Assembly: GCA_019313905.1 (NCBI GenBank)
Contig: JAFDAI010000006.1
Coordinates: 9,264-73,263, forward strand
Source of the DNA: Deltaproteobacteria bacterium
Lineage (GTDB): Bacteria > Desulfobacterota > Syntrophia > Syntrophales > UBA2210
Reading direction: 5' to 3'
DNA length: 64,000 nucleotides
The notes below the pieces were generated by a model. The model worked only from the letters and a program-made list of their open reading frames with translations, made no database searches and was not told the DNA's origin. Numbering within the stretch: position 1 is the stretch's first letter; each line of letters opens with the position of its first letter. Of the stretch, positions 30,014 to 40,198 are shown piece by piece. The translations under genes and the position numbers were made by a program.

Positions 30014-32671
30014 ATGGAAAAAGAAGAATTGAACAAATCTTATGAGTCTCGTGATGTTGAAGAAAAGTGGTATCGGAGCTGGCTTGATGAAGGCCTGTTC
30101 CGGGCGGAAGATAAGAGTGACAAAAAACCTTTCTCGATAGTTATTCCCCCGCCGAATGTTACCGGGATACTTCACATAGGACACGCGCTGAACAATACCC
30201 TGCAGGATATTATCGTGAGATATAAGAGGATGGATGGCTGCAATACGCTCTGGATGCCCGGAACTGATCACGCGGGAATTGCCACTCAGAACGTGGTGGA
30301 GCAGGAACTTGCCAGAGAGGGAACGACCAGGCACGATATAGGAAGAGAAAGATTTATAGAGAAGGTGTGGGAATGGAAGAAAGAATATGGCGGCGCCATC
30401 ATAAACCAGCTGCATAAGATGGGCTGTTCCTGCGACTGGTCCCGGGAACGGTTTACCATGGATGATGGACTTTCCCGCGCGGTCAGGGAGGTTTTTGTCC
30501 GGCTCTATAATGATGATCTTATATATCAGGGTGATTATATCATTAACTGGTGTCCAAGGTGTCATACGGCCATATCCGACCTTGAGGTTGAATATGAGGA
30601 AGAAGAGACCAGCCTCTGGCATATACGATATCCATATGCCGAAGGAGAGGGCGAAATAGTTGTGGCTACGACACGTCCGGAGACCATGCTGGGCGATACT
30701 GCCGTTGCGGTCAACCCCGACGACGAAAGATACGCGGATGTTATAGGGAAGGAAGTAATTCTTCCGATTGTGAACAAGAGGATACCGATTATCGCGGATG
30801 ATTACGTGTCCAGGGAATTCGGTACAGGCGCGGTGAAGATAACACCTTCAGCGGATCCCAACGACTTTGCCATGGCGCAAAGACATGATCTTGATGTGGT
30901 TACTATTATAGACAAGAGTGCTATTATAAATGAAAACGGCGGAATATATCAGGGGCAGGATTGTTACACATGCCGGGAAAATATCGTTGAGGATCTTAAG
31001 AAGGGCGGCTATCTTGTGAAAACAGAGCCCTATTCACACAACGTGGGGCGCTGTTACAGATGCAAGACTGTTGTGGAGCCAGCGGTATCCAAACAGTGGT
31101 TTGTCAAGGTGAAACCCCTGGCAAGGCCGGCGATCGCTGCAGTTGTGAAAGGTGAGACAAAGATTATTCCTTCCACGTGGGAGGCCACATATTTTGACTG
31201 GATGGATAATATAAGGGACTGGTGTATTTCCAGGCAGATATGGTGGGGACACAGAATACCGGTATGGTATTGTAATGATTGTGGTAACACCATAGCGGCA
31301 GTTAAAGACCCTGACAGTTGCCCCGAATGTGGGGGGACTTCTCTCAGGCAGGATGAGGATGTCCTGGATACATGGTTCAGTTCCTCTCTATGGCCGTTCT
31401 CAACCATGGGATGGCCGGATAAAACGCAGGCGCTTGAGACATTTTATCCCACTTCGCTCCTTGTAACCGGGTTTGATATCATATTTTTCTGGGTAGCCAG
31501 GATGATGATGATGGGGCTTTACGTTATGGGAAAGGTTCCCTTCTCAGATGTTTATCTGCATGCCCTTGTTCGGGATGAAAAGGGCGACAAGATGAGTAAA
31601 TCAAGTGGAAACAGTGTAAATCCACTGGAAATGATTGACAAATACGGTGCAGACGCCCTTCGCTTCACCCTGGCGGCCTTTACCGCGCAGGGGCGGGATG
31701 TGAAGATGTCTGAGGAGCGCATTAAGGGATACAGACATTTTGTAAATAAGATATGGAACTCGGCCAGATTTTCTCTGATGAATCTTGAGGATTATCCTGG
31801 GGAAACCGTATTAAAACGGGAAGAATATTCGCTCTGTGACCGGTGGATCAAAGACAGTCTTAACAGTACGGTGGCGGATGTCAGGAAAGCGCTTGACGAA
31901 TATCGGTTTAACGATGCCGCGGGCAGGATATATCAGTTTATCTGGCATGAGTTCTGTGACTGGTACCTTGAGCTGATAAAACCGGCACTGTATGACAAAC
32001 AACAATCACGGCAGGGAAAACTTGCCGCCCAACAGACATTGCTCTCAGTATTAAAGACAACCCTTCAACTCCTTCATCCCTTCATGCCCTTTGTCACAGA
32101 GGAAATATGGCAGAAATTAACAACAGACGAGGGATATATAATGGTGAGCGAATTTCCCGACCAGGATGATTCTCTCAGGGATGAAGATGCAAGGCAACGG
32201 ATGGATCTTATTAAGAATATTATAAACAGTATCAGAAATATAAGGGGTGTAATGAATATCAGTCCTTCAAAAAAGTTGAAGGCACTTGTTTCCGCTCCCG
32301 ATAGTGATATGCTGTCCATTATAGAGGCAGGCAGAGACTATATAAGGGACATCGCGAAGCTGGAAGACCTGATGATAGAGAAAAATGCCATAGAGCCGAA
32401 GGGGTCTGCGACAGGGGTAGTGGGTCCTGTCAAGGTGTATATATTCCTTGAAGGTGCTGTGGATGTCGCGGCCGAGAAGACAAGGCTGGAAAAGGAAATG
32501 AAAAAGCTTGATAAAGACCTCGGTTTCATCTCCAAAAAACTGGGAAATCAGGATTTTCTGGAAAAGGCGTCCAAGAATATAGTTGAAAAAGAAGAAAATA
32601 AATTCAGAGACCTGAAGGAAAAAAGCGGGGTGCTGGAAGACGCTCTGGGCAGGCTCCGTAATATAGCGTGA
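30014..32671 (+). CDS. valS: valine--tRNA ligase
   Basis: PPNVTGILHIGHA (HIGH) and KMSKSSGN (KMSKS) motifs, plus a C-terminal coiled coil. Start placed at MEKEELNKSYESRDVEEKWY. Confidence 0.95.
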   Translation: MEKEELNKSYESRDVEEKWYRSWLDEGLFRAEDKSDKKPFSIVIPPPNVTGILHIGHALNNTLQDIIVRYKRMDGCNTLWMPGTDHAGIATQNVVEQELAREGTTRHDIGRERFIEKVWEWKKEYGGAIINQLHKMGCSCDWSRERFTMDDGLSRAVREVFVRLYNDDLIYQGDYIINWCPRCHTAISDLEVEYEEEETSLWHIRYPYAEGEGEIVVATTRPETMLGDTAVAVNPDDERYADVIGKEVILPIVNKRIPIIADDYVSREFGTGAVKITPSADPNDFAMAQRHDLDVVTIIDKSAIINENGGIYQGQDCYTCRENIVEDLKKGGYLVKTEPYSHNVGRCYRCKTVVEPAVSKQWFVKVKPLARPAIAAVVKGETKIIPSTWEATYFDWMDNIRDWCISRQIWWGHRIPVWYCNDCGNTIAAVKDPDSCPECGGTSLRQDEDVLDTWFSSSLWPFSTMGWPDKTQALETFYPTSLLVTGFDIIFFWVARMMMMGLYVMGKVPFSDVYLHALVRDEKGDKMSKSSGNSVNPLEMIDKYGADALRFTLAAFTAQGRDVKMSEERIKGYRHFVNKIWNSARFSLMNLEDYPGETVLKREEYSLCDRWIKDSLNSTVADVRKALDEYRFNDAAGRIYQFIWHEFCDWYLELIKPALYDKQQSRQGKLAAQQTLLSVLKTTLQLLHPFMPFVTEEIWQKLTTDEGYIMVSEFPDQDDSLRDEDARQRMDLIKNIINSIRNIRGVMNISPSKKLKALVSAPDSDMLSIIEAGRDYIRDIAKLEDLMIEKNAIEPKGSATGVVGPVKVYIFLEGAVDVAAEKTRLEKEMKKLDKDLGFISKKLGNQDFLEKASKNIVEKEENKFRDLKEKSGVLEDALGRLRNIA

Positions 32672-32679
32672 GGATTATC

Positions 32680-33522
32680 ATGATTTCAGATATCAGGTTG
32701 AAGGAACTTATCCGGACAGCGTTTGATGAAGACATGGGGTCGGGTGACCTTACCACGTCATCTATCCTTACCGGTGACGAAACCGGTGTTGCGCAGGTGA
32801 TTTCGAAGGGAGAAATCATAGTTGCGGGTATCAATGTTTTCAGAGAGGTATTCCATGTTCTGGATTCATCTCTGGACTTTGAGACGTATTTCTGCGACGG
32901 CCAATCGGCGGGGGAAGGAGAGATTCTTGCCTGTGTTTCGGGCAGCCTGAAAAGTATTCTCCTTGCAGAACGCGTGGCGTTGAATTTTTTTCAGAGAATG
33001 TGCGGGATTGCCACGATGACACACCAATATGTTGAAGAAGTAAGAGGCATTGGAGTCAAAATACTGGATACTAGAAAGACGACGCCAAACCTGAGAAGTC
33101 TTGAGAAATACGCGGTAAAAACAGGAGGGGGACTTAATCACAGATTCGGCCTGTATGATGGTGTGATGATCAAGGATAACCACATAACCGCTGCGGGGAG
33201 TATCTCGGATGCGGTAAGAAAAGTGATTGGAAATATTCCACCCACTGTAAAGATCGAAGTAGAGGTGAAAAACCTTCAGGAAGTTGAAGAGGCCCTTGCC
33301 ACGGGAGCTGATATAATCATGCTGGACAATATGGTGACAGGGGAGATGAAAAAAGCGGTTTCTCTCATCGATAGAAAGGCGCTGGTCGAGGCCTCGGGAA
33401 ATGTCACCCTGTCGAATGTGAAGGAGATCGCGGGAACCGGTGTGGACTTTATATCTGTCGGGGCGCTTACTCATTCCGCACCCGCCGCCGATATATCGCT
33501 TGTGTTCAAGAATAAGGGGTGA
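32680..33522 (+). CDS. nadC: nicotinate-nucleotide diphosphorylase (carboxylating)
   Basis: EDMGSGDLTT start. ILDTRKTTPNLR and MIKDNH motifs. Confidence 0.9.
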   Translation: MISDIRLKELIRTAFDEDMGSGDLTTSSILTGDETGVAQVISKGEIIVAGINVFREVFHVLDSSLDFETYFCDGQSAGEGEILACVSGSLKSILLAERVALNFFQRMCGIATMTHQYVEEVRGIGVKILDTRKTTPNLRSLEKYAVKTGGGLNHRFGLYDGVMIKDNHITAAGSISDAVRKVIGNIPPTVKIEVEVKNLQEVEEALATGADIIMLDNMVTGEMKKAVSLIDRKALVEASGNVTLSNVKEIAGTGVDFISVGALTHSAPAADISLVFKNKG

Positions 33523-33555
33523 GGAGTAAGGTACAACAACCCGGAACTCGAAACC

Positions 33556-34356
33556 ATGGACCTGAAATTTAATAAAACCAACCTGGAGAAACTCGTTTCC
33601 GATGGCCTCATAGGAAACAGAATCCACTTTTTTGACGAGCTTGATTCAACGAATAACCATGCGGTTTCGCTTGCCGGGGATGGAGCCGGCGAAGGTGAAG
33701 TGGTAATAGCCGATTGCCAGACAGCGGGAAGGGGAAGATTGAGAGACAGGGTCTGGCACTCACCCCCGGGCAGGAACCTGTACACATCCATCATATTAAG
33801 GCCTGATATACAACCCGCTTCCGCTCAGGGTTTGACCCTTGTCGCCGGAGTTGCGGTGACTGAATTGCTTTCCGGTTATTGTCCTGTTGCGCTCAAGTGG
33901 CCCAACGACATACTAGCAGGGGACAGGAAAATTTCCGGTATCCTGACGGAAATGAGGATCAAAGGACAGAATCTTGATTCTGTTGTTGTGGGAATCGGCA
34001 TTAATGTAAATATGGAACCAACCGATTTTCAGGAGGAACTTCGCAATATATCCACATCGCTGAAGGAGCAGACATCAAGCAGCATTTCACGTCTTGACCT
34101 TACCGTCGATTTGTACAGGTTGTTTGAGAAATGGTACAGGATATTTATTGATGAGGGGTTTATCTCTGTGAGAGACCAGTGGATAGAATATTCGGATATA
34201 ATCGGGAAAACCATTGAGGTGACAGACAGAGGTGTTGTGCAGAGGGGGGGGATATGCCGGGGAATAGACAGCGAAGGTGCGCTTCTGCTCATTGATGAGA
34301 AAAACAGGACAAGACGCGTTCTGTCCGGAGATGTAAATGTGACGAAGAACAGGTGA
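33556..34356 (+). CDS. birA: biotin--[acetyl-CoA-carboxylase] ligase, no N-terminal HTH
   Basis: QTAGRGRLRDRVWHSPPG (GRGRxGR) motif. 266 aa. Confidence 0.88.
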   Translation: MDLKFNKTNLEKLVSDGLIGNRIHFFDELDSTNNHAVSLAGDGAGEGEVVIADCQTAGRGRLRDRVWHSPPGRNLYTSIILRPDIQPASAQGLTLVAGVAVTELLSGYCPVALKWPNDILAGDRKISGILTEMRIKGQNLDSVVVGIGINVNMEPTDFQEELRNISTSLKEQTSSSISRLDLTVDLYRLFEKWYRIFIDEGFISVRDQWIEYSDIIGKTIEVTDRGVVQRGGICRGIDSEGALLLIDEKNRTRRVLSGDVNVTKNR

Positions 34357-34362
34357 TCTATT

Positions 34363-35127
34363 ATGCTTCTGGTTATCGATGTGGGAAATTCAAATACCGT
34401 TATTGGTCTTTATGATGGGGATAAACTTTTAAACCACTGGAGAGTTCGTACAGTAGCGGACCACACCGTTGATGAATACGGAATGCTTCTTTTGAATCTC
34501 TACAAGACAAGTAAAATGGGTTCAGACTCCATTGATGCTGTCATTATATCATGCGTAGTGCCATCCATGCTGAATATACTGGAACCTCTTTGCAGGAAAT
34601 ATTTTCATCTTACTCCGCTCATCGTGGGCCCGGGTATAAAGACGAGTATGCCAATATACTATGACAATCCGAAAGACGTGGGTGCTGACAGGGTTGTCAA
34701 CGCCGTTGCCGCCCATGAGAAATATGAAGGGAATCTCATCATTGTGGATTTTGGCACAGCGACTACCTTTGATTATATTACGAAAAAGGGAGAGTATATG
34801 GGCGGATGCATAGCTCCGGGGGTTGTTATATCAAGCGAGGCGCTCTTTGAGAAGGCCTCCAAGTTGCCGCCGGTTGAATTCAGCAGACCTAAATCCGTAG
34901 TTGCCAGGGATACCGTGAGCAGTATACAGGCTGGCATCATGTTTGGGTATGCAGGTCTTGTAGACGGGATAGTGGATCGTATAAAGAAGGAAACAAAGAC
35001 GGAATCCACCGTTATCGCAACAGGCGGGCTGGCGAAAGTTATGACCGCGGAAGCCAGTAGCATTGATCTTGTCGATGAAATGCTTACACTGGAAGGACTT
35101 AAGATAATCCATTCAAGAAACATATAA
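34363..35127 (+). CDS. coaX: type III pantothenate kinase
   Basis: [12 protein letters not shown]...GADR...DFGTATTFD motifs. Confidence 0.92.
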   Translation: MLLVIDVGNSNTVIGLYDGDKLLNHWRVRTVADHTVDEYGMLLLNLYKTSKMGSDSIDAVIISCVVPSMLNILEPLCRKYFHLTPLIVGPGIKTSMPIYYDNPKDVGADRVVNAVAAHEKYEGNLIIVDFGTATTFDYITKKGEYMGGCIAPGVVISSEALFEKASKLPPVEFSRPKSVVARDTVSSIQAGIMFGYAGLVDGIVDRIKKETKTESTVIATGGLAKVMTAEASSIDLVDEMLTLEGLKIIHSRNI

Positions 35128-36528
35128 TCCCATCCATTTTCTCAGCGCATCGATGGAGCGCCCGGCATAAATCCCGCCTCTTTCTTTCTTTGGCGCCCGG
35201 TTTTCAAGCGGAGCAAAGAGACCGAAATTCACATTCATCGGCTGAAAGGTTTTATAATCAGCGTTTGTAATGTGACGTAAAAGCGCACCCAGAGCGGTTG
35301 TTCCCGGAGGTTCCTCCATATCCCTTCCCTCTATATACCGGCAGACGTTTATTCCAGCCATCAATCCCATGGCTGCCGATTCCACATATCCTTCAACACC
35401 GGTAAGCTGTCCCGCAAAGAAGAGGTTATCATCGGAGTGAAACTGAAGTGATCTTTTAAGCAGGGCAGGGGAATTTATGAATGTGTTGCGGTGTATGCTG
35501 CCGTATCTGGCGAACTCGGCCTTTTCCAGTCCCGGTATCATCCTGAAAATGCGTTTCTGTTCAGGCCATGTCAGTTTTGTTTGAAATCCCACCAGATTGT
35601 AAAGAGTGCCCTCACTGTTTTCCTGTCTGAGTTGGACTACGGCATGGGGTCGCTTTCCTGTTTTCGGATCTGTAAGTCCCACCGGTTTCATCGGGCCGAA
35701 AAGCAGGGTTTTCGGCCCCCTTCTTGCGAGGATCTCAACAGGAAGGCATCCTTCAAAAAAACGCCTGTCTTCAAAATCTCTGAGGGGTACCTCATCCCCG
35801 CCCGATATTTCCGTCCAGAACCTTTCATATTCCTCCCTTGTCATGGGGCAGTTCAAATAGTCTCCTTCACCGCTGTTGTCGTATCTCGATGCCCTGAAAG
35901 CCCTGTTGTAGTCAATAGAGCGTGCTTCCACGATGGGTGAAATGGCGTCATAGAAATAGAGGTATTCATTTCCTGTAACGGAAGAAATGGTTTTTGCCAG
36001 AGATTCGGATGTGAGAGGACCAGTAGCTATAATGACTATGGAATCTTCAGGGATTCCGACGACCTCTTCCCTGATTATCCGGAGCCTGGTGGATGCGAGC
36101 CTGTCTTCAATATAGTTTGAAAAAAGGGTTCTATCCACGGCCAGGGCCTTGCCTGCCGGAACGGCTGTGGCATCGGCGGCTTCCATTACCAATGATCCCA
36201 TCGTGCGCATCTCTTCCTTGAGAAGACCAATCGCATTTTCTATCGCGTTGGAGCGGAAAGAGTTACTGCATACGAGTTCCGCGAGGAGAGGGGATTTGTG
36301 AGCCGGAGAGAAGAGGGTGGGTTTCATTTCGTAAAGTAGAGTGTCAAATCCCCTTCTTGAAATTTGCCACGCGGCCTCACACCCTGCAAGTCCGCCACCT
36401 ATGATTATAACAGGTTTAGAGAGAGCCTCCTTTTGGGTGTTTCGGATGCGTCCCATTCCGGGGGTTTCGGGTGTGTCCCCTTTTGGGGGTTTCAAGTTTC
36501 GAGTATCTGATTTCAAATTTTGATTCAC
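35113..36528 (-). CDS. trmFO: methylenetetrahydrofolate--tRNA-(uracil54-C5)-methyltransferase (FADH2-oxidising)
   Basis: [17 protein letters not shown] motif with Gid/TrmFO length and context (dprA-topA-trmFO). The first ~35 codons are the shared leader module, so the true start probably lies downstream of 36528. Confidence 0.88.
   Translation of the reverse strand: MNQNLKSDTRNLKPPKGDTPETPGMGRIRNTQKEALSKPVIIIGGGLAGCEAAWQISRRGFDTLLYEMKPTLFSPAHKSPLLAELVCSNSFRSNAIENAIGLLKEEMRTMGSLVMEAADATAVPAGKALAVDRTLFSNYIEDRLASTRLRIIREEVVGIPEDSIVIIATGPLTSESLAKTISSVTGNEYLYFYDAISPIVEARSIDYNRAFRASRYDNSGEGDYLNCPMTREEYERFWTEISGGDEVPLRDFEDRRFFEGCLPVEILARRGPKTLLFGPMKPVGLTDPKTGKRPHAVVQLRQENSEGTLYNLVGFQTKLTWPEQKRIFRMIPGLEKAEFARYGSIHRNTFINSPALLKRSLQFHSDDNLFFAGQLTGVEGYVESAAMGLMAGINVCRYIEGRDMEEPPGTTALGALLRHITNADYKTFQPMNVNFGLFAPLENRAPKKERGGIYAGRSIDALRKWMGLYVS
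36460..36520 (-). repeat. leader module shared with miaA
   Basis: Reverse complement reads AAATTTGAAATCAGATACTCGAAACTTGAAACCCCCAAAAGGGGACACACCCGAAACCCCCG. A degenerate second unit GAAACACCCAAAAGGAGG follows at about 36425-36445. Confidence 0.65.
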
Positions 36529-36554
36529 TCCCTATATCCCATACCCTACACCTT

Positions 36555-38819
36555 TTACTCTTCATCTCTCTCTTTATACCCGCATTCCTTGTTGGGACAC
36601 GTTTTTATGAGACCTTTCCCACGGTAATACTTTTCGACCAGAAATGGATGGCCGCATAATGGACATTTCTCCGGTATCGGCCTGTCCCACAGGGCATAGG
36701 TGCAGTTCGGGTAGTTTGAACATCCAAAGAACGTCTTGCCTTTTTTTGAACGTCTCTCACAGAGGCTGCCGCCACACCCCTCCTGCGGGCATTCTACCCC
36801 TGTATCGATCGGTTTTGTATTCTTGCATTCCGGGTACCCCGAGCATCCCAGAAATCTTCCGAATTTGCCTTCCTTGATAATCATACTCTTGCCACACACG
36901 TCGCAGATAATATCGGTTGTCTCCGCCTCCATTTTGCTGATTGCGCCATTTTCATCCTGCGCGATATTGCCTGTATTCTTGCATTCAGGATAGTTGGAAC
37001 AGGCCAGGAATTTCCCGTTCTTTCCCCACTTTATTACCATTGGGCTTCCACACTTATCGCATGCAAGATCGGTGGGGATTTCTTCTCTCTTGACATTTTT
37101 CATTTCTTTACCGGCCTTTTCCAGCTCCGACTTAAAGGGGGTATAGAAATCCTCTAATGTCTTATGTCTTGTGAGATTCCCCTCCTCGATCATATCCAGG
37201 TTGTTTTCCATCGAAGCGGTGAACTGGACATCCATGATGTTGGGAAAATTCTCTACAAGAAGCCCATTGACAATGGTTCCGAGTTCCGTGGGGTGGAATC
37301 TGCCCTTTTCAAGTTCTGCATACTTTCTGTTCTGTATAGTGCTTATGATAGCGGCATATGTGCTGGGTCTGCCGATCCCTTTTTCTTCCAGCTCTTTCAC
37401 GAGAGTCGCTTCGGAAAACCTTGCCGGCGGCTGCGTGAAACTTTGCTGCGGTTCCAGTGAGATCAGGGTAAGCTCATCCCCTTTGGAAACCTCTGGGAGT
37501 TCCGACGTGTCCGGCTTGCCCGACTGGTTATCTCTGTCATTGACTTCTTTATCTGTGGTTTCTGTGTAAACAATGCTGAACCCGGGGAATTTCATTATAG
37601 AACCCTGCGCGTGGAGAAGACAGCGACCCGCCTCTATATCAATGCCTGTCTGGTCGAATACAGCCGGATTCATCTGGCTCGCTATGAAGCGGTTCCATAT
37701 CAGTTGATACAGACGAAATTCGTCATTCTTGAGATACTGTTTGATATTTTGTGGCGTGTATGCTGTCGCGGTCGGTCTTATTGCCTCATGCGCGTCCTGT
37801 GAAGATTTTGGGGATTTGAAGAATCTGGCTTTTGCGGGAAGGAATTCTTTTCCATAATTCTTTTCTATGTACCCTCTCGCGTCTTCCAGGGCTTCCGACG
37901 CTACACGGACCGAATCGGTTCTCATGTACGTGATAAGACCAACGGAACCTTCTTCCCCCAGTTCTATTCCCTCATAAAGCCTCTGGGCCACACTCATCGT
38001 TCTTTTTGCCGTGAAACGAAGCTTTCTTGATGCCTCCTGCTGGAGTTTGCTTGTAGTGAATGGGGGAGCCGGAGAACGCTTTACCTCCTTTTCCTCCACT
38101 TTCTTCACAATAAAGGAAGCGTCTTTCAGCTCTTCGAGCAGTTCTTTTGTCTGAGTTTCATTTGTAAGTTTCAGCTTTTTGGAGTCTATTTTTGTCAGTC
38201 GCGCTTCAAGGGGAGGAGGATTGTCTCCCTCCAGCACAGCTGTAATGTTCCAGTATTCCTCCGATACAAACGCCTGGATCTCGGCCTCTCTGTCGCATAT
38301 TATTCTTACCGCAACCGACTGGACCCGGCCCGCGCTCAGTCCACGCTGTACCTTTTCCCAGAGTATCGGACTGATTTGATATCCTACAAGCCTGTCAAGA
38401 ATCCGCCTGGTCTGTTGGGCCTCATATTTATTGATGTTAAGCTTCGAAGGATTATTGATGGCCGCGATAACGGTTTTCTTTGTAAGATCGTTGAAGAGTA
38501 CCCTGTAGATATTTTTATTTCCGCCTATTTCGCTCGCCACGTGCCATGCTATGGCTTCTCCTTCTCTGTCAGGGTCAGGCGCCAGAAAGATATTATCCAC
38601 GTTCTTCGCGGATTTCTTCAGCTCAGAGATGACTTTTTTCTTTTCACTGATAACTTCGTAAGTTGGTTCAAAATTGTTTTCAAGATCAATACCCAGTTTG
38701 CTTTTGGGAAGGTCTTTTACGTGTCCAACAGAGGCCTTCACCTCAAATTCCGGGCCGAGATATTTCTTTATCGTTTTTATTTTTGCCGGCGATTCAACGA
38801 TAATAAGAGAACTGGGCAT
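36555..38819 (-). CDS. topA: DNA topoisomerase I
   Basis: 754 aa. TOPRIM start LIIVESPAKIKTI, catalytic-Tyr region GLITYMRTDS, multiple C-terminal C4 zinc ribbons. Confidence 0.95.
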   Translation of the reverse strand: MPSSLIIVESPAKIKTIKKYLGPEFEVKASVGHVKDLPKSKLGIDLENNFEPTYEVISEKKKVISELKKSAKNVDNIFLAPDPDREGEAIAWHVASEIGGNKNIYRVLFNDLTKKTVIAAINNPSKLNINKYEAQQTRRILDRLVGYQISPILWEKVQRGLSAGRVQSVAVRIICDREAEIQAFVSEEYWNITAVLEGDNPPPLEARLTKIDSKKLKLTNETQTKELLEELKDASFIVKKVEEKEVKRSPAPPFTTSKLQQEASRKLRFTAKRTMSVAQRLYEGIELGEEGSVGLITYMRTDSVRVASEALEDARGYIEKNYGKEFLPAKARFFKSPKSSQDAHEAIRPTATAYTPQNIKQYLKNDEFRLYQLIWNRFIASQMNPAVFDQTGIDIEAGRCLLHAQGSIMKFPGFSIVYTETTDKEVNDRDNQSGKPDTSELPEVSKGDELTLISLEPQQSFTQPPARFSEATLVKELEEKGIGRPSTYAAIISTIQNRKYAELEKGRFHPTELGTIVNGLLVENFPNIMDVQFTASMENNLDMIEEGNLTRHKTLEDFYTPFKSELEKAGKEMKNVKREEIPTDLACDKCGSPMVIKWGKNGKFLACSNYPECKNTGNIAQDENGAISKMEAETTDIICDVCGKSMIIKEGKFGRFLGCSGYPECKNTKPIDTGVECPQEGCGGSLCERRSKKGKTFFGCSNYPNCTYALWDRPIPEKCPLCGHPFLVEKYYRGKGLIKTCPNKECGYKERDEE

Positions 38820-38821
38820 AT

Positions 38822-39946
38822 TTACTCCTTAACAACAAAATTTTTGCCTGGAAGCTGTTCGACATAGTCACCGAGTTCAAGTGACATGAGAATACTTAGG
38901 ATATCATGTATTTGATAGCTGGAATCAGTCGCCAGGCTGTCTATATGAACAGGTTTTTTGCCTATTAACTTCAGGATTGCTCTTTCATCAGCATTTAACT
39001 CTTCGGATCTGCCCGAATGACCCTGCACAGGTTTTTCGTCTGATGATTTGGCAGTTGTATGATTAAGATTTAACTGTGGTAATATTTCTTCCAATATATC
39101 ATATGTATTTTCAACAAGTTTTGCGCCTTCTCTTATAAGCCTGTGGGTTCCTTTTGTTCCCGTGGAGTCGATGCTCCCCGGCACGGCGAAGACTTCTCTT
39201 CCCTGTTCCAGTGCAACCCGTGCGGTTATCAAGGAACCGCTTTTCTCGTTGGCTTCAACCACGACAACTCCCAGTGAAAGACCGCTTATTATCCTGTTTC
39301 TGGCGGGAAAGTTGGAAGCCAGCGGCTGGGTGGAAAAGGGGAATTCGGTAATAACGGCGCCATGTTCCGCGATCTTTTCAAAGAGCTTCCTGTTTTCCGG
39401 GGGATAGATAACATCAATGCCGGATCCGAGCACAGCGATTGTCCTTCCCTTTCCCGCGATCGCGCCGGCATGGGCAGCGGAATCAATTCCCCTTGCCATA
39501 CCGCTTACGACAGTTATTCCCTTCATGACAAGCTCGCGGCACAGTCTTTCCGTCGTAAATCTGCCATAAGTGCTTGCCATCCTGGAGCCTACCACGGCAA
39601 TATTGATATCCTGATTGGAGAGTGTCCCCCTGATGTACAGAATGGGTGGAAAATCGTATATATTCAGAAGCAGTCTGGGATACAGTGGGGAATCGGACGT
39701 GATTATTGAAACATTCGACTTATCAGCCAGTTCCAGTTCCTTTTCGACCCTTGCCCAGTTGTCAAAGTTTTTTATGTCGCGGGCTGTCTTTTGTGTAATG
39801 CGGTGTATCTTTTGTAGAGAGGATGCCGGTGCGTCAAAGACCGCCCGTGGAGAACCAAAGGTTTCTACAAGATTGTTGAACCCGACATTTCCCACTTTTT
39901 CCACAAACTTCAGGGCAAGCCAGTATTTTATATCATTATGAGTCAT
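38822..39946 (-). CDS. dprA: DNA-processing protein DprA (Smf)
   Basis: Rossmann-like core VVSGMARGIDSAAH...GSGIDVIYP...FPARNRIISGLS. Confidence 0.9.
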   Translation of the reverse strand: MTHNDIKYWLALKFVEKVGNVGFNNLVETFGSPRAVFDAPASSLQKIHRITQKTARDIKNFDNWARVEKELELADKSNVSIITSDSPLYPRLLLNIYDFPPILYIRGTLSNQDINIAVVGSRMASTYGRFTTERLCRELVMKGITVVSGMARGIDSAAHAGAIAGKGRTIAVLGSGIDVIYPPENRKLFEKIAEHGAVITEFPFSTQPLASNFPARNRIISGLSLGVVVVEANEKSGSLITARVALEQGREVFAVPGSIDSTGTKGTHRLIREGAKLVENTYDILEEILPQLNLNHTTAKSSDEKPVQGHSGRSEELNADERAILKLIGKKPVHIDSLATDSSYQIHDILSILMSLELGDYVEQLPGKNFVVKE

Positions 39947-40030
39947 TGTCTTGTCGATAAAGGTTAAAGTTGTAATGGTTATAGATGATTATCAATATCA
40001 AGCCCGGCACTATATATGGTATCTTCGAGA

Positions 40031-40068
40031 GATGTCAAGCTTTTTTGGCCTGTCTGCCGCTTGACATC
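40031..40068. promoter_or_regulatory. 10-bp perfect inverted repeat overlapping a TTGACA box in the dprA / 40199 divergent region
   Basis: GATGTCAAGC (40031-40040) and GCTTGACATC (40059-40068). The right arm contains TTGACA (40061-40066). Confidence 0.3.
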
Positions 40069-40198
40069 ACCCTGAAGTTGTAATAATTTCACAATTACTC
40101 AGAGGGCAGGGGGAAACTCCAGCCTCTCATTAAACAGGATGATAACCACTTGTTAAGAATAAAGACTTTAACCCTGAACCCTGAAGAAAGGTATAGCA

